Shown: piece after piece, positions 10,580 to 21,745 of the stretch
Layout: every line of letters starts with the position of its first letter
How positions within the stretch are numbered: the stretch's first letter is position 1
DNA from: Alphaproteobacteria bacterium
GTDB lineage: Bacteria > Pseudomonadota > Alphaproteobacteria > UBA7887
Direction: 5' to 3'
NCBI GenBank assembly: GCA_965216755.1
Contig: CBDCGL010000011.1
Span: 1,120,001 to 1,184,000 of the forward strand
Length of the DNA stretch: 64,000 nt
Translations under genes and position numbers: made by a program
The notes under the pieces: generated by a model
The model's database searches: none
The model's input: the letters and a program-made list of their open reading frames with translations, nothing else
Told to the model about the DNA's origin: nothing

Positions 10580-12013
10580 ATGGAGAAGAAAGTCATGATG
10601 GGTCATAAGCTGCGCCGATTTCGGCAACAGCTGGGCCTTAGCCAGACCGAAATGGCAGAGCAAATTGGCATCTCGCCCAGCTACTTCAACTTGATCGAGC
10701 ACAATCAGCGGCCGCTCACGGTGCAGCTTTTGTTTCGCATGGGCCAATCCTTCGATATCGACTTAAAGGAATTCGCCGAAGACGACGACGCCCGCCTTGC
10801 GGCAACGCTGGGCGAAGTCTTTGGCGATCCGCTTTTTGATGGGCAAAGCATCGGTGCACAAGAATTGCGAGAAATGGCGGCCGCAAGCCCCCAGGCGTGC
10901 GAGGCCGTTTTGTCACTTTATCGGGCCTATCGCGGCCTTTGGGAGGATACGCAAGCGCTCGCGGACCGAATGAGCGGTGGCAGCCGCCCCACCGGACAAG
11001 ATGGTCAAGCCGCACCCGCGGACGAAGTGAGGGATGTTCAACAGTCCCATAGCAACTATTTCCCGAGCTTGGAGGCCGCCGCAGAGGAGTTATGGGACAC
11101 GGCCAAATTGGCGCCCGACCAACTGGATCGCGGCATTAGTCAACACCTACAGGCTCAGCACGACATTCGCGTCAAGATTCTGCCCGTCGACGTCATGGGC
11201 AGCACGTTGCGTCGTTTCGATCATCACGGTCGTAGGATCCTGCTCTCGGAGATCTTGCCACCGTCGGGTCGGGCCTTTCAGCTCATCAGCCAAGTCGCGC
11301 TCTTATCCTGGCGCGAGACGCTCGACCGGATCATCGACGAGTCCGATCTCAGTACAGACCTGGCGAGCCGCTTGATGCGTGTTGCGCTGGCCAACTACTT
11401 CGCCGCCGCCGTGATGATGCCGTATGAACTGTTCTTGGCCGCCGCGCGCGATCTGCGGTACGACATCGACGTGCTCGGGTGCCGTTTTGGCGCCAGCTTC
11501 GAACAGGTGTGCCATCGCTTGACGACCCTGCAGCGCCCTGGTGCGCGTGGTGTATCGTTCTTCTTTATGCGCGCCGACAATGCCGGCAATGTTTCAAAAA
11601 GGCTTTCCGCGGGCGGTCTTCGCTTTGCCCGGTTTGGCGGGACCTGCCCAAGATGGATCGTCCACGACGCGTTTCGCACGCCGGGACGCATACATAGACA
11701 ACTTGCCGAAATGCCTGATGGAACACGGTTTTTTGCCCTCGCCAAGACGGTCGAACCGATCGAAGCCTGGCCCGAATCCGCTCAACCACGCTTGGCCGTT
11801 GCCCTCGGCTGTGACGTCCGCGATGCCGAGCACCTCGTCTACGCCGACGGCCTTGTCTTGCAGGACAGTGCGCGCGCAACACCGGTTGGCGTAAATTGTC
11901 GTGTCTGCGAACACCTCGATTGCGTCCAACGCGCGTATCCGCCGCTCAATCACCGCTGGCGGGTCGATGAAAATGTCCGCCGAAACGCGCCGTTTACGAT
12001 TGTGACGACGTAA
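10580..12013 (+). CDS. RamB/ScfR-family XRE regulator (short-chain acyl-CoA responsive)
   Basis: N-terminal HTH ([15 protein letters not shown]), [21 protein letters not shown]-terminal [13 protein letters not shown]; divergent from aceA. Confidence 0.93.
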   Translation: MEKKVMMGHKLRRFRQQLGLSQTEMAEQIGISPSYFNLIEHNQRPLTVQLLFRMGQSFDIDLKEFAEDDDARLAATLGEVFGDPLFDGQSIGAQELREMAAASPQACEAVLSLYRAYRGLWEDTQALADRMSGGSRPTGQDGQAAPADEVRDVQQSHSNYFPSLEAAAEELWDTAKLAPDQLDRGISQHLQAQHDIRVKILPVDVMGSTLRRFDHHGRRILLSEILPPSGRAFQLISQVALLSWRETLDRIIDESDLSTDLASRLMRVALANYFAAAVMMPYELFLAAARDLRYDIDVLGCRFGASFEQVCHRLTTLQRPGARGVSFFFMRADNAGNVSKRLSAGGLRFARFGGTCPRWIVHDAFRTPGRIHRQLAEMPDGTRFFALAKTVEPIEAWPESAQPRLAVALGCDVRDAEHLVYADGLVLQDSARATPVGVNCRVCEHLDCVQRAYPPLNHRWRVDENVRRNAPFTIVTT

Positions 12014-13268
12014 ACCGTGTGTTGAATGCCGCGCTATCAGATACTATGGACGATGTCTTGCTTTCGGCGATCAGCGACAGCGCTCGGTGCCAGCGCTGCA
12101 GCGCCAGCTTCTTATCGTACCGCCGCAATATCAGCGCGCGCGCCCGCGCGCCCATACGACGGCAAGTCTCGGGCTCTGCCATCCAGTGTCGGATCTGTCT
12201 GGCCAGACCGGCCCCATCATCAGGATCAAAAACCATCCCTATCTTCTCTTCGCGCAGCAAGTGCGCGATCTCGCCATTTACATCGCCAACGAACAAAATC
12301 GGCCGCCCCGCCGCCATAATGCCGTAGATCTTGCTGGGAACGATCAGACCTTCCATCGACGGTTCGAGTGAGACCAAGTGCACATCGGGAACCGAAAGGC
12401 TCTCGGCCAAGGCCTCCCGCTTCTGATATGGCTTGAAGACAATATTGTTAAGCTGGCGCGCCTGTTGCGCCCGCACAATCTCTGATTGCCGTGGGCCGGC
12501 GCCAATGAACAAGAACGTCGCTCGTTGGTCAGAGATAAGCTCGGTCGCCGCATCAAGAATAGCGCCGAAACTATGTGCACGACCCATATTTCCCGAATAT
12601 CCGATGACAAATTTTTCGTCCAGCCCCCAGGCCGAACGCAAGCGGTTTTGCGCGGCGTCAAGCGGGGTGATTGCGCTCGCATCCGCCCAGTTCTCAATGA
12701 CGACGGGCTGGATCTTGTTGACCTCACGCATACGCTGCGCCATGGCCTGGCCGAGCACGACGTTCGACGCCCGCCGAAGCGAGTGGTTGCGCAAAAGAGT
12801 CAAAGCCCGTCCTGTCAACCAGCCGCCAGGCAAAACCTTTAGTGCCATGGCAACATCAGGAAATAAGTCTTGCAACCAATTGACCAATTTACCGCCACGC
12901 AGCCAAACAGTCGGCGCCGCGAAAACCGATATGAGCGGCGGATCGGTTTTCGCCACGACAATGTCGCCGCGCCGGACGAGACGCCACAAATGCCAGGTCG
13001 ACGATATGTAGTAGCCAAGATAATCAATTGCCCGGCCAACCAACCGACCACGACCAAACTGCGTTGTCGCCACGCGATAAACATCGACCCCTCGCACCCT
13101 TTCGCGGGCTGGAAATCTGGTGGCGCCATCGGAATATGATGTGCGCCCGGCGATGACCGTCACGTCCCAACCACGCGCCACCAGGTCAAAAGCGAGATCG
13201 CTGAGCAGCTGACTGGTCGCCGCATGATCAGGATAAAAAAACCTATTCAGAAACAAGACGCGCGGCAC
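11994..13268 (-). CDS. GT4 glycosyltransferase
   Basis: NRFFYPD, YSGNMGRAH, VPSKIYGIMAAGRP. Confidence 0.92.
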   Translation of the reverse strand: MPRVLFLNRFFYPDHAATSQLLSDLAFDLVARGWDVTVIAGRTSYSDGATRFPARERVRGVDVYRVATTQFGRGRLVGRAIDYLGYYISSTWHLWRLVRRGDIVVAKTDPPLISVFAAPTVWLRGGKLVNWLQDLFPDVAMALKVLPGGWLTGRALTLLRNHSLRRASNVVLGQAMAQRMREVNKIQPVVIENWADASAITPLDAAQNRLRSAWGLDEKFVIGYSGNMGRAHSFGAILDAATELISDQRATFLFIGAGPRQSEIVRAQQARQLNNIVFKPYQKREALAESLSVPDVHLVSLEPSMEGLIVPSKIYGIMAAGRPILFVGDVNGEIAHLLREEKIGMVFDPDDGAGLARQIRHWMAEPETCRRMGARARALILRRYDKKLALQRWHRALSLIAESKTSSIVSDSAAFNTRFTSSQS

Positions 13269-13271
13269 AGA

Positions 13272-13943
13272 TCACCTTTTTGACACGTCATTCGACGTGG
13301 TCATGATCCTTTGTTTCAGTTCCTTGGCCGGGTTGCCTGCGACTATCGTCCAGGCCGGAACATCGCGGGTTACGCAGGCCCGCGCACCGACCACGGCCCC
13401 GTCGCCGATGTTGACCCCCATACCCACGAACGCGCCGGCGCACAACCAAGCCTGCGCCCCGATGACGATCGGCGCCATGGTTAAGGGCATGCTTGGGTCA
13501 GAATAGTCATGCGACGCAGCGCACAAATAGGTGTATTGCGAAATGATGCTGTTCGGGCCGATACGTATGGGTGCGACGCAGTAGCACTCTACACCTGGCC
13601 CAACAACGCTGTTGTCATCGACAATCAAGTTCCAGGGTGCCCAGACCTGTGCGGATGGGTAGACCCTGACACGAGATCCGATCTTTGCCCCAAAAGCGCG
13701 CAACAAAAGCCGTCGCCAACCGTAGAACAGCCGTGGCGAGGTGCGGAACGCAACGGTATGGACCACGCCCCAAACCGCCCGTCGAACCTTGTGACCAAAA
13801 CCAAACTCACTGTGAAATCGCGTCAAATCGACGCCATCCGAAGCCGTCGCACCCGCCAGGTGCTGCGCTGGCGTGCGTGGTTCACGAAACTCAAACGATG
13901 CCGTGCGCACACTACCCCCTTCGTGGATTTTCTCGCCTAACAT
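13272..13943 (-). CDS. WcaF-like hexapeptide-repeat acetyltransferase
   Basis: WRRLLLRAFGAKIG, APWNL, LCAASHDY, VAGNPA; ATG overlaps the upstream stop region. Confidence 0.9.
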   Translation of the reverse strand: MLGEKIHEGGSVRTASFEFREPRTPAQHLAGATASDGVDLTRFHSEFGFGHKVRRAVWGVVHTVAFRTSPRLFYGWRRLLLRAFGAKIGSRVRVYPSAQVWAPWNLIVDDNSVVGPGVECYCVAPIRIGPNSIISQYTYLCAASHDYSDPSMPLTMAPIVIGAQAWLCAGAFVGMGVNIGDGAVVGARACVTRDVPAWTIVAGNPAKELKQRIMTTSNDVSKR

Positions 13944-15097
13944 CGGCTGATCAACTCGCGATAGACTGTGCGAAACCGTCGGCCGATGGCACCCCAATCA
14001 AATTGCTCAGCGACCAGCGCGGCACCCCGCCCACCCATCGCAAAACGGCATTCCGATGGCGTCGTTGTCGCGGCACGCAACCCCTTCACAACGCCGTCAA
14101 GATTTGGCGGCACCCACCACCCGCATTTGTGCTCTTCCAAAATTCCCCAGGGCGTGCCCTGGGTCGTCAAAACAGGAACGCCATATGCAAGCGCCTCGGC
14201 GACCACATTGCCAAAGTTTTCAGAGTATGACGGAAGCACGAACAGGTCGGCGTCGCGATAGAGGTCAACCTTGGCCGCCCCATAGACCGGACCGAGAAAG
14301 CTCACGACCTCCGACAAACCGAATCTCTGGGTCAACCTTTCCAACTTGGCCCTGTGCGCCCCTTCGTCAGGGCCAGCTACTTGCAACCGCCACTCCGCCG
14401 GCCGTACATGAGCCCACGCCTCCAAGAGCATTGGCAGGCCCTTTTTCGGATGAAGTCGACTCAAGAACAAAGCGGTTTTTGCATCTTTGTGCGTCGCGAA
14501 CGACTTGCGATCGGCCGAACGATCGGGTTTGTCAACACCGTTCGGTACAACCTGCACATCCACATCAAGCCCATATGTTCGGGCGTAATCGGCCTCGGAT
14601 TTGGCCGTCGCGTGCAACGACTGTGCGGTGGCTAAGTCGCGGCGTTGGTAAGTCGACCATGCCACTCGCTTCTTGAGTCGTCGGTGTCGAAAGGCCCATG
14701 GCTCCAACATGCCCCGCAGGCTAACGATCCGAGGGATCGCCTTCCGCCCGGCCAGTCGCGCGAGCGCATGGTGGTGCGCCAGCCAAATACCGTTGTCGTG
14801 CACGACATCCGCATGCCCAAACGCGCCCAACGCGCTCGCCGCGTCCCCTGCCAACGCCTGCAAATTAGGATGAGTCCCAACCAAACGGGAAGACGGCGCA
14901 GATCCGTCGGACGCCCACAACGCCACCTGCACACCCAAGTCTGCGAGCGCCAGCCCAAGCCGGGACACTGACACAGCGGGACCGCCATGCTCTGGCTCAA
15001 GACTCGTGACTGACAAAAAAACTCGCAACTGTTCTTTCCTTCCTATGCCTGCCATTGCCCATAGCCAAAGAAAACAAGCGGCCTCGACACATGCCAA
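13937..15097 (-). CDS. GT4 glycosyltransferase
   Basis: HGGP, LSRLHPKKG, ENFGNVVAEAL. Confidence 0.92.
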   Translation of the reverse strand: MACVEAACFLWLWAMAGIGRKEQLRVFLSVTSLEPEHGGPAVSVSRLGLALADLGVQVALWASDGSAPSSRLVGTHPNLQALAGDAASALGAFGHADVVHDNGIWLAHHHALARLAGRKAIPRIVSLRGMLEPWAFRHRRLKKRVAWSTYQRRDLATAQSLHATAKSEADYARTYGLDVDVQVVPNGVDKPDRSADRKSFATHKDAKTALFLSRLHPKKGLPMLLEAWAHVRPAEWRLQVAGPDEGAHRAKLERLTQRFGLSEVVSFLGPVYGAAKVDLYRDADLFVLPSYSENFGNVVAEALAYGVPVLTTQGTPWGILEEHKCGWWVPPNLDGVVKGLRAATTTPSECRFAMGGRGAALVAEQFDWGAIGRRFRTVYRELISRC

Positions 15098-15098
15098 T

Positions 15099-16298
15099 TC
15101 ACCGCCAAGCGAGGACAGGCCATACCACCGTGGTCAACAGACGTCGCGGCCGACGTCTTGGAGCTTCCATTGCCGCGTCCGCCGCCTTGATCATATTCTC
15201 AGCAAAAATTATCGGGCTCCAAGCCTTGATCATTTCACGACTCGCCGCCCCCATTCCTTTGCGATCGCATCGCGGATCGGCCAATGCCGCGAAACTTCCT
15301 ATCAGTTCTTCGACATTATAGGGATCGAACACAAAACCGTTTCGTCCGTGGCACACCAAATCATCGGCGCATCCACACCTATTGGAGACAATAACCGGCA
15401 AGCTCGCGGCCATCGCCTCGTTCACAACCAACCCCCACGTGTCGGACGTGCTCGCATGAACAAGTCCCCCCGCCAAGCCGTAGTAGGTTGGCAATACTTC
15501 GTATTGCGCAAAACCCGGCAAGTGGACCGCCCCCACAAGATTATGTTTTTCGATAGTCGCTTCCAATGCCGGTTTCAGGGGCCCTTCGCCAAGCAAAACC
15601 AGATCCCACGCGTGAGCCGGAAAACGGTCTCGATATTGGGCAAAAGCCTCCAACAATCGAAACAAGTTTTTTTCTTCGATGAAACGGCACACGGCAAGAA
15701 AGAAATTGTTTGGCAATTTCGCCGACCGCCTCTGCGAATCACGTTGCGTACGGACTGACCGCGCTTGTGTCTCAAAGTATCTGTTGTCGACCACATCATA
15801 GCCAACGAATATTCTGGATTTCGGAATTCCGAGCCTGTGCACATAATCGATATGTTCCGTGCCGGCGACGAGGCCCGCCGAGAACTGTGAAACTATGGTT
15901 TTCTTGATAATTTCTTTGAGACTACGCCGCGGCGCATCCTGGTACCGGCTGTCGGACATGACGACAGTCGGAACGTCATTTCGTCGACACCATCTCAGCG
16001 CCATCAACGCGCCACGATGCGACCAACCTGGAATAGCAACAACATCGGGATCAAATTTTGCCAGAACACGGGATAACTTCTGCCATACTTCACTGTATGT
16101 AAGGCCTTCAAACGCTTTGCCGCGGAAAAGCGTTTCTCGTCTCACCCCAGAGACCTCGCCAATGTCATTCCAATAGTATGTGGCGTCAACGTTCGAGAAC
16201 TCGACAACTAATAAATCACAGAACCGCGACAGCGCCTCCATACGCGCACAATGATACGGCCCGACACGCCGAACGATGACGCACAAACGCACTGCCAT
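15099..16298 (-). CDS. GT4 glycosyltransferase
   Basis: GPYH, RFIEEKN, TWGLVVNEAMA. Confidence 0.92.
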   Translation of the reverse strand: MAVRLCVIVRRVGPYHCARMEALSRFCDLLVVEFSNVDATYYWNDIGEVSGVRRETLFRGKAFEGLTYSEVWQKLSRVLAKFDPDVVAIPGWSHRGALMALRWCRRNDVPTVVMSDSRYQDAPRRSLKEIIKKTIVSQFSAGLVAGTEHIDYVHRLGIPKSRIFVGYDVVDNRYFETQARSVRTQRDSQRRSAKLPNNFFLAVCRFIEEKNLFRLLEAFAQYRDRFPAHAWDLVLLGEGPLKPALEATIEKHNLVGAVHLPGFAQYEVLPTYYGLAGGLVHASTSDTWGLVVNEAMAASLPVIVSNRCGCADDLVCHGRNGFVFDPYNVEELIGSFAALADPRCDRKGMGAASREMIKAWSPIIFAENMIKAADAAMEAPRRRPRRLLTTVVWPVLAWR

Positions 16299-17663
16299 TC
16301 ACCTCGTCATTTGCCCCGCCGACAACGGCAATTTATCCCTTACTTCCTGCGGATATCTTCGATGGACCGACCCCACCGGCTGCGCGGTACTCAAAACCCT
16401 GCCCGCGAGTGGCCTGTAAAAAGACATGAAATGGACCGCCAATAGAGCAAAAAAGAACGCCCAGGTGTAGGTTGGGTAAATTATGAACGGCCCAGCGAAG
16501 CCCTGCAATATCATCGCCGCAAAGAACGCGGCGAGCATGTAAGTGGATACCGGTTCATAGCGTTCGTCACGCCGTGCACGGCCGCAACATCTCACCGCAT
16601 GAGCCGCACTTGCCAAGATAACCAATAACATCGGCAGGAAATATGAAAAACCACCAATGTAAAGCAAAAGCAGATAGGCATTGTGTGGATGGTGATCCAG
16701 GCCCCGTTGGCCGGCCGACAATTCGCCCGGACTACCGAGAATCCCAAAAAACGGCCTTCGCTCAACAACATCCAAATACTCGGCCGCCGTGCGCCAACGT
16801 TCGGACTCCAAACTTGCCAAACGAACCAAAGCATTGCGTGGTGCCTCACGCACTAGCACAACCGCACACAACGCGACGACACTGGCAGCAATGATAACCA
16901 CACCTGGTCGCCGTAGAAAGATCATTGCGACAGGCGCAATTGCGATAACAATTATCATCAAAGTTTGACGACTTGCCGTGAGAAGAGCCAATCCAAACGA
17001 GATAGCGCCAATCGCAATAAACAACCACCGCACATACCGCATAGGCGTTCGAAATGCCAAATATATCACCAGCGGCGTCGCCATCGCGTATACGACACCG
17101 ACTTGATTGGCATTCGCGCCATACGGGAAAAACCGCCAGTTACCCAAATGAAACGCCGCTTGGGAATCGAGCACCAGCGACGACAGCGTAATCAGGACAG
17201 CCGCCGACAACCCCACGGACAAGGATACCAAGACATAGCGCAGTGAGGAATCGTCGTAAATGACCCTTGCCACCATCAGTGCAGCCACAATCAGCATGAA
17301 CCATTGTGCCCGTATGGCCAACGCGACACTTCGATCAGACGCGTGTACCATATAAATGAAGCCCATAGACGCGACCAAGACCAAAACAAAAGCCAGCGGT
17401 GCCAACTGCCTGCGCGGTCCCGGATGGGTCGCCGCCGCCAACGCAATCAACATGAACGCGCCGATACTTGTTGCTTTTGCCACAACTTGGATCGCGCCAA
17501 AATCCACCAATCGGCCAAGCAGTAGCCATATGGGCAAGATCCCCAAGGCCAATCCAAGCCTATAATGCGCAGGGGTCAGCAAAACGACGATCGAAACAAC
17601 GATCACACCCAACATCGTGGGCATCAGCGGCAAAACGGTTATGTAATAGTCAAAACGACTCAC
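16299..17663 (-). CDS. Wzy polymerase / O-antigen ligase family membrane protein
   Basis: Many TM helices; NANQ, TASR, PHNAYL; inside the glycosyltransferase operon. Confidence 0.8.
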   Translation of the reverse strand: MSRFDYYITVLPLMPTMLGVIVVSIVVLLTPAHYRLGLALGILPIWLLLGRLVDFGAIQVVAKATSIGAFMLIALAAATHPGPRRQLAPLAFVLVLVASMGFIYMVHASDRSVALAIRAQWFMLIVAALMVARVIYDDSSLRYVLVSLSVGLSAAVLITLSSLVLDSQAAFHLGNWRFFPYGANANQVGVVYAMATPLVIYLAFRTPMRYVRWLFIAIGAISFGLALLTASRQTLMIIVIAIAPVAMIFLRRPGVVIIAASVVALCAVVLVREAPRNALVRLASLESERWRTAAEYLDVVERRPFFGILGSPGELSAGQRGLDHHPHNAYLLLLYIGGFSYFLPMLLVILASAAHAVRCCGRARRDERYEPVSTYMLAAFFAAMILQGFAGPFIIYPTYTWAFFFALLAVHFMSFYRPLAGRVLSTAQPVGSVHRRYPQEVRDKLPLSAGQMTR

Positions 17664-17789
17664 GAACTCACGACCCGCGACAGCTTCGCCAAACGAGCGT
17701 ACGCCAAAGCAACATCATCATACGCGATTTTCCACCGCTGGTGATGGCCTGGTCAAATCCATTGCTATCGTAGGCAAGAACTTGGCTCA

Positions 17790-19097
17790 TCAACTCAGTT
17801 CTGTTCGCTGTTGAATGACGGTTGTATCCAGACGCGCATCGACCGACGTTTTGTTTGCTGCAAATTGCCGCGCTAGACACTTGTCGTATATGTCCATGTA
17901 TGCCTTCGCAACAACATTCGGATTGAAACATTCCAACGCGCGCGCTCGCGATCTTCGCGCAAGTTCCTGCTGCCGATCAAGATCACGCAGGATCCAATCG
18001 GCACCATTCGCCAGATCATCGGGACAAAATGGTTTGGCAAGATATCCTGTTTTCTTGTTGACCACGATGTCACGCGGCCCGGTCGAATCGAATGCGACAA
18101 CTGGCGTTGCGCAGGCCATCGCCTCAACCAACATTTTCCCAAACGCCTCGGCCCTGGACGCGGTCAGAAAGATATCGGCAGCCGAATAGGCCAAACGCAT
18201 AGAGACATTGTCCCGTAATGTTCCAAAATGATGCACGACCCCAGGAATATCGAGGTCGTTCCGGCCACCCACCGAAAGAACCTGAACTTTCGAGTTCCTT
18301 TCAGTCAATCGTTTCAAAGCCGAAATCGCCAGGTCCGCACCCTTGTACGTATCATGCGAAATATTGCCAAACATCACGATTTGCGACTCATTGGGCAATC
18401 CGAGCGCCAATCGCGCTGCAGATTTCGGCACTGGAAAGAATTCCTGCCCATCCACGCAATTTGGAACAGTCTTGATACTACGCCCGCCAAATACGAAGCT
18501 TTCTGCTGCGCAGGTTGCAAGCCACTGGCTGATGGCCACCGCCTGAAAGTTCGCCGGCAGCTTTTTCCGCTTACGCCTGGCCAAAAACCGAGACAAGTCT
18601 TGCCGAGCTTTACTCCCCAGTTGCGGACACGCCCCGCAACCGGTTTTGTACCCATCACAATCGATCGCATAATGACACACGCCGGTCATCGGCCACATGT
18701 CACGCAGAGTCCACACGATCGGTTTCGGACAGTCGTGCAACGCAGCAACGTTGAATGCACCTTGGTTAATCCAATGCAGGTGCAAAATCTCTGCCCAATC
18801 ATAGTGTTCCGACCTCATGACGTTGTAGCCGAACAACCCGGCACTGACGCCGCGGCCCTTGGCCTCGCGATACAGCGTTCCAATTGCCAAACGATCTAAC
18901 TCTGTTCGCAGCATCCTTTTGAGTTTTCCACGACCACCGGACTCCAGAGTGAATATCGTCGGGTCATCGACCGGCGGCCCGCTCGTCAGAATCCGAGACT
19001 CAACCCCCTGCGCCAACAGTCCGTTATGCAACCAAGCTGCGCCCCGGGCTGCGCCGCCCCCAAGCGATCCGGCCACCAGGTGAAGGATCTTTGTCAT
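17790..19097 (-). CDS. GT4 glycosyltransferase (WcaC-like)
   Basis: GGAARG, HLHW, WTLRDMWPMTGVCHY, EAFGKMLVEAM. Confidence 0.92.
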   Translation of the reverse strand: MTKILHLVAGSLGGGAARGAAWLHNGLLAQGVESRILTSGPPVDDPTIFTLESGGRGKLKRMLRTELDRLAIGTLYREAKGRGVSAGLFGYNVMRSEHYDWAEILHLHWINQGAFNVAALHDCPKPIVWTLRDMWPMTGVCHYAIDCDGYKTGCGACPQLGSKARQDLSRFLARRKRKKLPANFQAVAISQWLATCAAESFVFGGRSIKTVPNCVDGQEFFPVPKSAARLALGLPNESQIVMFGNISHDTYKGADLAISALKRLTERNSKVQVLSVGGRNDLDIPGVVHHFGTLRDNVSMRLAYSAADIFLTASRAEAFGKMLVEAMACATPVVAFDSTGPRDIVVNKKTGYLAKPFCPDDLANGADWILRDLDRQQELARRSRARALECFNPNVVAKAYMDIYDKCLARQFAANKTSVDARLDTTVIQQRTELS

Positions 19098-19165
19098 CGC
19101 GTCACCACCTCGCCCCAAGATTCGCAACGCAACAGCAATAATTCTCCCAACATCCGTTGGTTAGG

Positions 19166-20347
19166 CTAGGCCGCGCGCGCATACATTCGCCGCTCAAGCA
19201 ATGCGGCAACCTCATCCCACATGGTCGCTTTTTCCTCCAGCATGCTGCGGCCCTTTTTCTCGATGCTATGGCGCAACGCCTGGTTCGATGACCTCTCCAA
19301 TAGCGAAGACAGCAGTGCGCGGTATTTGTTATCTTCGTCAAATTTGTACTCGTATCGTTCTACATCGAAATTTCTCATCATTTCAGAATATTTGTGAGAC
19401 CACCCCATTGCCAACACGGGTACACCGCGGCATAACGCCCCCAGCAATGCGTGATATCGTGACCCCACAACCGCATATGCGGAACCGAGAATATCCTTCG
19501 CTCGCACCGGGTCTTCGGCTATTACCACGTTCATGCGCCCTTCCACTCTTGTACGAATTTTCTCCCCCAACTTGGCATCATCGCCGGTCCGATCATGAAC
19601 CAATACTTTCGGCGTCAGCCCCGCCGCCCACGCCATGTTCGCGGCAACAACGAGACAATCCAAATAGCTTTCCTCATCGATCCCGCCCCGATCACAGATT
19701 CTGATATTCGGCACGATGAAGACAGGTCGTTCCGCCCCCCCTTGCACCGCGCTTGTACCATCCACCCCGCGCAATCCGTCAACCGTCAGGTCAGGCGCAA
19801 TTTTTATCAATGCATTTGATTGCCCACAACTGGTCAAGTGTTCAAACGACGTCCGATCACGCGCATAAATAAGATCGCCATACTCGCAAATCTCACGCAT
19901 GTACTCTCTCGAACTTTCGAGTGCAAAGGGACCAAAGGCCTGAGGTAGCATGACAATCGGCGCACCACGCGCGGCGTAATACCGCGCAATTGCCGAAAAT
20001 CCCCGCATTGGCGCAACTCCCCACTGGTCGGTATATGCGAAACCTGAGATATCAACCAAAGCATCGATGCAGTTTATCGGCACACCAATTCTTGACACAT
20101 GCCAACCCATCTTCGCCACAATTCGTTGACCCAAGAACCTTTGATCAAAATGTCGCGCCGAAGTCCAACCCCGCTTCACCAGGATGGGACTGATCCCCAA
20201 CGTTTCCAATTGCGCGCGCGTCCCTGTCGCCAGGTCTGTCACCAGTTCCACGTTCGGAATTCGGCGTCGTAATTCAGTTGAGGCGACCGTCAACATTTGT
20301 AAGGCGCCAATATTCGAGAATTGTCCCCCGTGCAATTCGACCCGCAT
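19166..20347 (-). CDS. Polysaccharide pyruvyl transferase family protein
   Basis: NIGA, PQAFGP, ARD..S, APD, SRYH, WSHKY. Confidence 0.88.
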   Translation of the reverse strand: MRVELHGGQFSNIGALQMLTVASTELRRRIPNVELVTDLATGTRAQLETLGISPILVKRGWTSARHFDQRFLGQRIVAKMGWHVSRIGVPINCIDALVDISGFAYTDQWGVAPMRGFSAIARYYAARGAPIVMLPQAFGPFALESSREYMREICEYGDLIYARDRTSFEHLTSCGQSNALIKIAPDLTVDGLRGVDGTSAVQGGAERPVFIVPNIRICDRGGIDEESYLDCLVVAANMAWAAGLTPKVLVHDRTGDDAKLGEKIRTRVEGRMNVVIAEDPVRAKDILGSAYAVVGSRYHALLGALCRGVPVLAMGWSHKYSEMMRNFDVERYEYKFDEDNKYRALLSSLLERSSNQALRHSIEKKGRSMLEEKATMWDEVAALLERRMYARAA

Positions 20348-20356
20348 TGCGGCCTC

Positions 20357-21745
20357 CTACGCTACTCGTGAACCGGTTGCCGTATTCCACAAATAAATGG
20401 GCGGCATTGTCATTGCTTTCGCCATTAACAGTCCAACAGCTCTCGTATGGCGCCACGCGAAGAAACACAACCACCCCGAGGCCATGTATGACACGAGTGT
20501 GGCGTATGCCGCGCCGACCGCGCCAAATTCAGGTATCAACAAAAAATTCAATACGATGTTCACGGCCGCCCCAATGCCATGGGAGATTATCGAGAACTTC
20601 GTCAAATGCTCGGCGATCAACCATCGACTGGCCAACACCCGCATGGACATGAATATGCCGCCCCAAACATGTATCGTCAAAACAGTTGCAGATGCGGCAT
20701 AAGCCGGCCCAAACAACGCTGGCAGCAAACTTGTGGCAAATACCTGACAAATCAATGCGACGAGAACCCCCAGCCACGCCAAAAGCGTGAACAAGCGCAG
20801 AAGGTGACCTTGATATCGCCGCCAATCTCGCCCTCTCGCCTCAACCAACATTGGAAACAAAACGGTGACCAAAGTCGCCGGCACAAAATACCAAAATTCC
20901 GATAGTCGGGCAGCCACCGCATATACACCCACTGTCTGGCTGCCATGCATATGGCCTAGCATAACTTGATCCAAATGAAGGTTAGCAACCGCCCCGATCG
21001 TCGACAGCGTCAGTGGAAGCGACTGACTCAATAAAGATTTGGCATAATTCAGAGTTGGGCTCAACATATTGAGGCTTACCGGTCTGAGCGCACAAAACCG
21101 TCCAACAACAAGAAAGGCGTACACAAGCCCTTCGCCAGCATATACGACGACGAACCAAACAAGTGGCGCATCGAGAATAACGAAAACGAGCTTTGCAATC
21201 ACGCCTGCGCTCGTCGCACAAAGCGAAATGACTGCATTGCTAACAAACCGTCTTTCCGACTCTAACCAATACGAAAATACCTGCGTCGAACGAAACACCT
21301 CAGCTGCAAGTATTATGACGACAAATGTCCGCAGGTTGGGCTCATTCGTATCAAGAATACCGAGGAGCCAGAATGCCAATATGACGATCGCACAACTTCC
21401 CAAAAGTCGCAGCAGGAGACTTGTGGCAAGGATACCTCCGGCCTCGCCGGGCTTTTCTACCAGATCGCGGGTTATGATAGCGTTCAGTCCCAAATGCCCG
21501 ATTGGCCCAATCAGGCTCGCCGCCGCAACGGCGTAGCTTAGCGAACCAAACATGTAGGGGCCCAAATGCCGCGCGACAATCAACATCGTTACGCCGCGCG
21601 CCACCATTGCCACGGACCGTGACAACGTCAACCACGTCGCACCGGACGCAATGCCCCTTCCTTCGGTCCGCGACCAACTTCGCAAGCGCTGAAACTGCAG
21701 CAATAACGCGCCGGGTGTTAACTTGGCAGCTTGCATATACGTCAT
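20357..21745 (-). CDS. wzx: Wzx flippase
   Basis: Multi-TM; ARHLGP..FG, DQVML, VGVYAVA, NFLLIPEFGAVGAA. Confidence 0.9.
   Translation of the reverse strand: MTYMQAAKLTPGALLLQFQRLRSWSRTEGRGIASGATWLTLSRSVAMVARGVTMLIVARHLGPYMFGSLSYAVAAASLIGPIGHLGLNAIITRDLVEKPGEAGGILATSLLLRLLGSCAIVILAFWLLGILDTNEPNLRTFVVIILAAEVFRSTQVFSYWLESERRFVSNAVISLCATSAGVIAKLVFVILDAPLVWFVVVYAGEGLVYAFLVVGRFCALRPVSLNMLSPTLNYAKSLLSQSLPLTLSTIGAVANLHLDQVMLGHMHGSQTVGVYAVAARLSEFWYFVPATLVTVLFPMLVEARGRDWRRYQGHLLRLFTLLAWLGVLVALICQVFATSLLPALFGPAYAASATVLTIHVWGGIFMSMRVLASRWLIAEHLTKFSIISHGIGAAVNIVLNFLLIPEFGAVGAAYATLVSYMASGWLCFFAWRHTRAVGLLMAKAMTMPPIYLWNTATGSRVA

Noticed and set aside
10441-10596. N-terminal extension of aceA in the ORF track
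   Set aside because: Spans the promoter and overlaps the regulator; the RBS supports ATG 10440.
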